Shown here: positions 59,070-64,000 of the stretch, piece by piece
How the letters are laid out: each line of letters opens with the position of its first letter
Numbering within the stretch: the stretch's first letter is position 1
Origin: Minutocellus sp. GHC0000111
Taxonomy: Eukaryota
Reading direction: 5' to 3'
NCBI GenBank assembly: GCA_977018835.1
Contig: OZ361259.1
Span: 1,302,001 to 1,366,000 of the forward strand
DNA: 64,000 nucleotides
The notes under the pieces: generated by a model
What the model was told of the DNA's origin: nothing
The model's database searches: none
The model's input: the letters and a program-made list of their open reading frames with translations, nothing else
Program-made: the position numbers and the translations under genes

Positions 59070-61073
59070 ATGGCAGACGCAGAGGCGCACGAAACGGAAC
59101 TGTCCCGAGATCGATCTATCGGTAGGAAGGATGGAAGCGAGAACGGTCCGTCTGACGGAAATTTTCCCAGTGGTGGCGAAGACGAGGAGTCATCCGGTGG
59201 AGGTTCCGAAAGCTTCCGGCATTATGAGGAGATTGATCCTGTGGACAAACTGGTCCAAGCTCTCCGCGATAATGACAAACGCATTCGAAAGATCGACTTC
59301 TCGCATTTTTCGGATAAATGGGATGATATTGCTGAATATGACTCAGAGGACGCATGTCAAACACAATTGAATAAGGACGTGGTATCGATTTGTGAGGCGT
59401 TACAAACGAACACAACCGTTCGCGTGTTGGAGGTGCAACTAATCCTTGAGAGTGATTGTAAAATTGATCGAGTAGGATCACAGGCAATAGGAGAGGCCGT
59501 TGCTCAAAATGCTTCGATTACACATTTATCTATTGATGGGCGAGTTTTTGGCTCTAATAGCCACGGCGCCGAACAAGTTCTGCATGGGATGATGTTCAAC
59601 ACCACCATAAGGAAGGTTGAGATATGTGGCCACTACAGGCATGATGTCTTTGATTGGGCCCCTGAATATGTTTTAGATAGAAAAGCTACTTCCCAGTTGT
59701 CGAAAATGATTCGTAAAAACAAATCAATTGAGGTCTTGGAGTTGGTTCACAATGTCATCAGTTGGCACGAAGATACAGAAATCCTCTGTGAAGGATTGGC
59801 TCTGAATATGTCCATCAAGTCAATCAAGATTTTCAACAACGATTTCATGCAAACTTCTAATGTCGACATGATTTGTTCTGCGCTCGGCGGCAGAGCTAAG
59901 GTGAGATTTGAAGCGAGCTTCGGAAAGAATGTAACACTTATTCTGCGCAATAACAAGAATATCGAAGAGGCAAGAATCCGTATTAGCGGCAGAGTCGGAT
60001 CCCAAATTTATCGTGACCTGTCCATGGCATTGGAACAAAATCGAGAAATTCGAGAGTTTTCCTTTTCAAGTGCCTCCGCAAATGCCGAGATTCGATTGAA
60101 TGACCTCATGGATTTGACCAGAGCTGTTTCAACTGGCTCAATCGAAACATTTGCCTTGCTCGGAATGAATCTGGACGACGCTGAACTTGAAGCAACATGT
60201 AAAATACTGGCAACATCGACGACTTTGCGTGAATTCACGTATTCGACTGATCGAACATCGGGCAAAATAATAACGGCCAAAAGTGCACATTCTTTTGCCA
60301 GATTTTTGGCTGCTAGCAAAAGCGTTGAGTCGTTCAATTTAAGTTCATTTCAGTCCGGCCGATTTCGTTTTGGCGATGAGGGCTCACTTGCGATCGCTCG
60401 TGCTGTTCTCGAAAGAAGTGCACGAACAACAAAGATTAGCCTTCGCTGTTGCGGAATGGGCAACGCAGGTGCCGCTGCTTTCCTTCAGCTCGTGGCAAGT
60501 CCAACTAGCACGATAAGGGAATTGGATATCAGTATGAACGAATTTGGTTTCTCAATCTGCAAGAAGTTTGCCGATTGTTTGGAAAATAATAATCGTCTTG
60601 AAAAGTTATATCTCGGTGGCCCGCGGGAGGGAGAATCCATCGACGCGGAAGTGGACATGCAGACTTATCTCGTCGCGGCATTGACTCACAATACCTCGCT
60701 CAGATATCTCATGGTTCCCTATGCGTCAAGAGTCAAAGGCGGGGAAAGGTCAGTGGCAGCAAAAGTAGATTTGAGAAATGACCTCCGAAAAATGCTTCTT
60801 GCAAACCATGTAATTGCTGAGACTTCTGGATGTAATTGTGGACTTGAAGAAATGGTAGCAGAGAACAAAAATCATCCAATTTTGGCATCAACGCTGAAAA
60901 GCTCCCCTTTCCCGTTTCGACTGATCCAAAACCTTGCTGAGAGCGAAATTGCACATGCTATCGAGCGGGCCGAAGATATTGCTGGCATCGATGGAGTATT
61001 CAGTCTCATTCGGCAGTTGGGAGACGGAATTGCAACACGGGCCCTTTCAAAAAAGCGTGGACGAGAAGATTAA
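59070..61073 (+). CDS. RNI-like leucine-rich repeat protein (NLRC3-like LRRs)
   Basis: ALQTNTTVRVLEV, AVAQNASITHLSI, FGDEGSLAIARA, MGNAGAAAF, LENNNRLEKLYL, ALTHNTSLRYL. Confidence 0.85.
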   Translation: MADAEAHETELSRDRSIGRKDGSENGPSDGNFPSGGEDEESSGGGSESFRHYEEIDPVDKLVQALRDNDKRIRKIDFSHFSDKWDDIAEYDSEDACQTQLNKDVVSICEALQTNTTVRVLEVQLILESDCKIDRVGSQAIGEAVAQNASITHLSIDGRVFGSNSHGAEQVLHGMMFNTTIRKVEICGHYRHDVFDWAPEYVLDRKATSQLSKMIRKNKSIEVLELVHNVISWHEDTEILCEGLALNMSIKSIKIFNNDFMQTSNVDMICSALGGRAKVRFEASFGKNVTLILRNNKNIEEARIRISGRVGSQIYRDLSMALEQNREIREFSFSSASANAEIRLNDLMDLTRAVSTGSIETFALLGMNLDDAELEATCKILATSTTLREFTYSTDRTSGKIITAKSAHSFARFLAASKSVESFNLSSFQSGRFRFGDEGSLAIARAVLERSARTTKISLRCCGMGNAGAAAFLQLVASPTSTIRELDISMNEFGFSICKKFADCLENNNRLEKLYLGGPREGESIDAEVDMQTYLVAALTHNTSLRYLMVPYASRVKGGERSVAAKVDLRNDLRKMLLANHVIAETSGCNCGLEEMVAENKNHPILASTLKSSPFPFRLIQNLAESEIAHAIERAEDIAGIDGVFSLIRQLGDGIATRALSKKRGRED

Positions 61074-61561
61074 TCATTTTCATAGTAATTTCAATATAAT
61101 ATGGGGTATGTATGAATTCATTGGCTGCTATATAAATTAAGTTATTACGTCGATACCTCAATCTCTAAAAGATCGACTGAGCACCGGTTGATCTACCAAC
61201 AGAACATCTTACTTATGTAAGGAAATCTCGTTGGTACAAGGAAACAAATCACCTTCAACTATGCAATACGAAAACAATCGCAGCACCGGAATACTTGTCA
61301 TTCTCATTGACTTCTCTCAGTCAAATGGACCAAAAAAGAGATGTCAAGTCATTCAGACAAATCACGGAGCTTCCAATTTTGATGATCCTACGGCGTGAGT
61401 ACCAATCACGCTGAGGATACCACGCCTCATCATGCAGTATTTGTTGATTATTCTCTTTCCAAAAATATACATCCGCCACAAACATCACAGATCAAACACC
61501 CCTAATCGCTTTATCGCGAGCAGGTAAGTGCCGATCCTCCCGATGCCGCGGCGGGCGTACG

Positions 61562-62164
61562 TCATCCACCCCCACCAGGAATGGTTCCCCTCAACAGCGC
61601 GCCATTAATCCCGGCGCCGTTCTTGAGGGCAGCCTCGTCCAGATACATGGACGCCTCATTCTCTCCCTCCAATATCTCATCCCGGACATCGTCGAACTTG
61701 CCCTTCATCTTCCAGGCGCACTGTCCATCGTGGCATACCGCCTTCCAATCCGAATCGTAGTAGTCCTCCAATTCACTGTCGGAAGAGTCCGATCCAGAAC
61801 TACTGCTACTATCATCGGCCGGCGACACGATGCGATCCAACTCCCGACGGACCATCCGTCGGGCCTTGGACATGGACCACTGTCCAAAGGGTTCCCAGCC
61901 ATTCCGCTCCCCGTGTTCCTCAATCATCTTCATGCGGAGATTCGAATGACACGCACATCCGTACATCCGCTCCACGGTGACCTTGACCTGCCCATCGACG
62001 ACGCGTCGGACCTTAATGTCAAACGGCGCATACTTCTTCTTGCATACGGGGATGCCAATGGTCTCTCGTCCCTTCCATGCGTCGGCGTGCACGTTCCACT
62101 TCTCGTTGGCGGCGTGGATGGCCTTGGACTGGGCCGACGTGGTGGCGGCCGACTTGGCGAACAT
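61562..62164 (-). CDS. Hypothetical protein
   Basis: 200-aa ATG ORF with coding-like codon bias and a CACH motif. Confidence 0.55.
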   Translation of the reverse strand: MFAKSAATTSAQSKAIHAANEKWNVHADAWKGRETIGIPVCKKKYAPFDIKVRRVVDGQVKVTVERMYGCACHSNLRMKMIEEHGERNGWEPFGQWSMSKARRMVRRELDRIVSPADDSSSSSGSDSSDSELEDYYDSDWKAVCHDGQCAWKMKGKFDDVRDEILEGENEASMYLDEAALKNGAGINGALLRGTIPGGGG

Positions 62165-63150
62165 GGATCCGCCGTAGAGTTCTCCGCCGATCCTTACCGG
62201 ATAGCCGCATACGAATCCCAGTGGTACTCTGGAGTTGGAGTAGATAGAAGAAGGAAAAAGAAGAGGGAGGGTGAGAAATAATTCGAAGAGATGCGGGTGG
62301 CTTGCTTTTCGTCGAAATGAGGTGGCGCACTTTTTACTGTTGTAGAATGTATGTTAAATCTTTCGATAGAGGCCGGCCATGCGCCGCCCACGTGGCACTT
62401 CAGTGAAGTTTCTCCTGCATGTTGGCCTGGTTTTGAATGCCAAGCTACTAGAAGGTATGCCGGCCATGCTACCAAGGTGCTTTCTAATGGGCAGGATCAC
62501 GTTAGCTGATCCGCCTTGTATCGTCGTGCATCGATTGGGCGTAAATTGAAAAATCAGCACAAGACGTGCTTGGACTGAAAACTCGAGGCCGAAAATACAT
62601 ATTGCTTTCCTTCCCTGTTTGCTTTCAGCTCTCCTGAGTCCCTGCCTCGCTGCCTCATGCTACGTATGACTCTACTGATAATGCGCCCATGCGCTCGTGT
62701 GTGCCACGGGAGTGCTCGGTCTATCAAAATTGTCAGCAACTATCGAGATTCATTTCGGTCGTGGAGGCAGGCAGTCCAATCCCAAAAGTACACGCAGGAA
62801 AACTCACCTGTCTGGGATAGCCGATGCGGCCACCTTGGATCAGTCAGAGGGGAGGATGCCGTAGTCCTGGCCGTACAGGACATCGTCGTCGTCGCGGGCA
62901 GCGGAACGGCGTGAGGAGCGGCGGGTGCCCAGGGACTGCTCGGCCTTGCGCTTGGAACGGCGGTGTCCGGCCATGCTTTGCTTGCGTGTGTTGTGGAGAA
63001 AGAGCACAAAAGGCGAGCAAAAATGAAGCGACGGAATTTCGTCGAAGCGAGGGTCTGTCCGTCGACATCATGCCACGTCGCCGACGGCGAACTCCACGGG
63101 CCGCGCTGCTACGTACTTCGTACGTAGCGTAACAATAGAGAGTGCTTATT

Positions 63151-63172
63151 GCTTGCTTGCTTGCTTGCTTGC
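63151..63172. repeat. (GCTT)5 microsatellite
   Basis: Read directly from the sequence. Confidence 0.9.
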
Positions 63173-63275
63173 CGAGAAAGAGCTCGAGAAGGCGAAGGTC
63201 GCGGCTGGCTGGGTCACGGCAGTCAGCACGCTTACCGCAATACCGGTGCCTATGATACCTCGCATCGCTATAAAG

Positions 63276-64000
63276 ATGGCGCCCGAGCCTTCGAATGATG
63301 CCAAACCAGTGGCAGAGGCAGGCGACCGGCACACACTGCCCCATGAACCGCCGTTTACGTACCGGCACAATGTAATCGACGGAATCGTCCATCCGGCCAT
63401 GGTCTCGCAGGAGCAAGTAGACTTTGTACGCCAATTGTTCCCCTTTCGAGATGGCGATATAATGCTTGCCACGTATCCAAAGTCCGGCACAACCTGGACA
63501 CAGTCCATCATCAAACATCTGCTCAACTTCGACGAGGACGTCAAGGTGGTCGATGCCGTGCCGTGGTTGGAACGGCTGCCTTCTCCCGATTGCGACGAGG
63601 TCAAGGCGGCGATGGAACTGGCATGCCAACCTCGGTGCTTCAAGACCCACACACCATGGGAATCGATTGCCAAATCTCGTGATGGGGTCAAGCTGAGATA
63701 TATCTTTGTGGCGCGCAACGCCAAGGACGTGTGCGTATCTCTCTACCATCATGCGAGGGCATTTCAGTCATTTGCGTATGAGGGCGATTTTGATCATTTC
63801 TTCCAGATGTATCTGCATGGTGAAGTGGAGAGCGGTTCTTGGCTGGATTTCAATTTGGATTTCTATGAACAGCATGTGCAAAATCCCGAAGATGTGCTGT
63901 TCTTGACCTACGAGGATATGCATTGCAATCCCGTGGAAAATGTAATGCAAACTGCCAAGTTTATGAATGTGGAATGTACCGAGGAACGAGCAGAGGATAT
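63276..64000 (+). CDS. Cytosolic-type sulfotransferase (Sulfotransfer_1), 3'-partial; absent from the ORF track
   Basis: Manual translation gives DIMLATYPKSGTTW (5'-PSB), VPWLE, PRCFKTH, YIFVARNAKDVCVSLYHH (3'-PB), G.SW and VLFLTYEDM. Alternative in-frame ATG at 63252. Confidence 0.92.
   Translation, partial: MAPEPSNDAKPVAEAGDRHTLPHEPPFTYRHNVIDGIVHPAMVSQEQVDFVRQLFPFRDGDIMLATYPKSGTTWTQSIIKHLLNFDEDVKVVDAVPWLERLPSPDCDEVKAAMELACQPRCFKTHTPWESIAKSRDGVKLRYIFVARNAKDVCVSLYHHARAFQSFAYEGDFDHFFQMYLHGEVESGSWLDFNLDFYEQHVQNPEDVLFLTYEDMHCNPVENVMQTAKFMNVECTEERAED

Overview
Eukaryotic, gene-dense nuclear DNA with short GT-AG introns (about 100-190 bp). It is most consistent with a diatom: there are bipartite ASAFAP-type plastid presequences and diatom-typical families (LNR-repeat, C2/PRT, RING+Sel1, CRAL-TRIO), and a GAS8/DRC4 flagellar gene suggests a centric lineage (inference). 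About 28 protein genes are recognisable. They include a three-domain truncated hemoglobin, a pseudo-receiver/pseudo-hydrolase/IQ/SAM/ankyrin protein head-to-head with a second IQ protein, a plastid-targeted phosphate-type carrier, a PNRC-motif protein, an HMG-box protein and a sulfotransferase that the ORF track missed. Non-genic structure includes a degenerate ~180-190 bp tandem array (about 6.2-7.9 kb), part of which recurs as an ~800 bp direct repeat bracketing an intronless 2OG-Fe(II) oxygenase gene, and an internally deleted DUF6729-type transposase-like element. About 15 frameshifts, 4 in-frame stops, one internal deletion and two apparent chimeric junctions disrupt otherwise well-conserved genes, so assembly error or haplotype decay must be excluded before reading biology into any broken ORF. 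All family calls come from motif recognition by eye; no searches were run.
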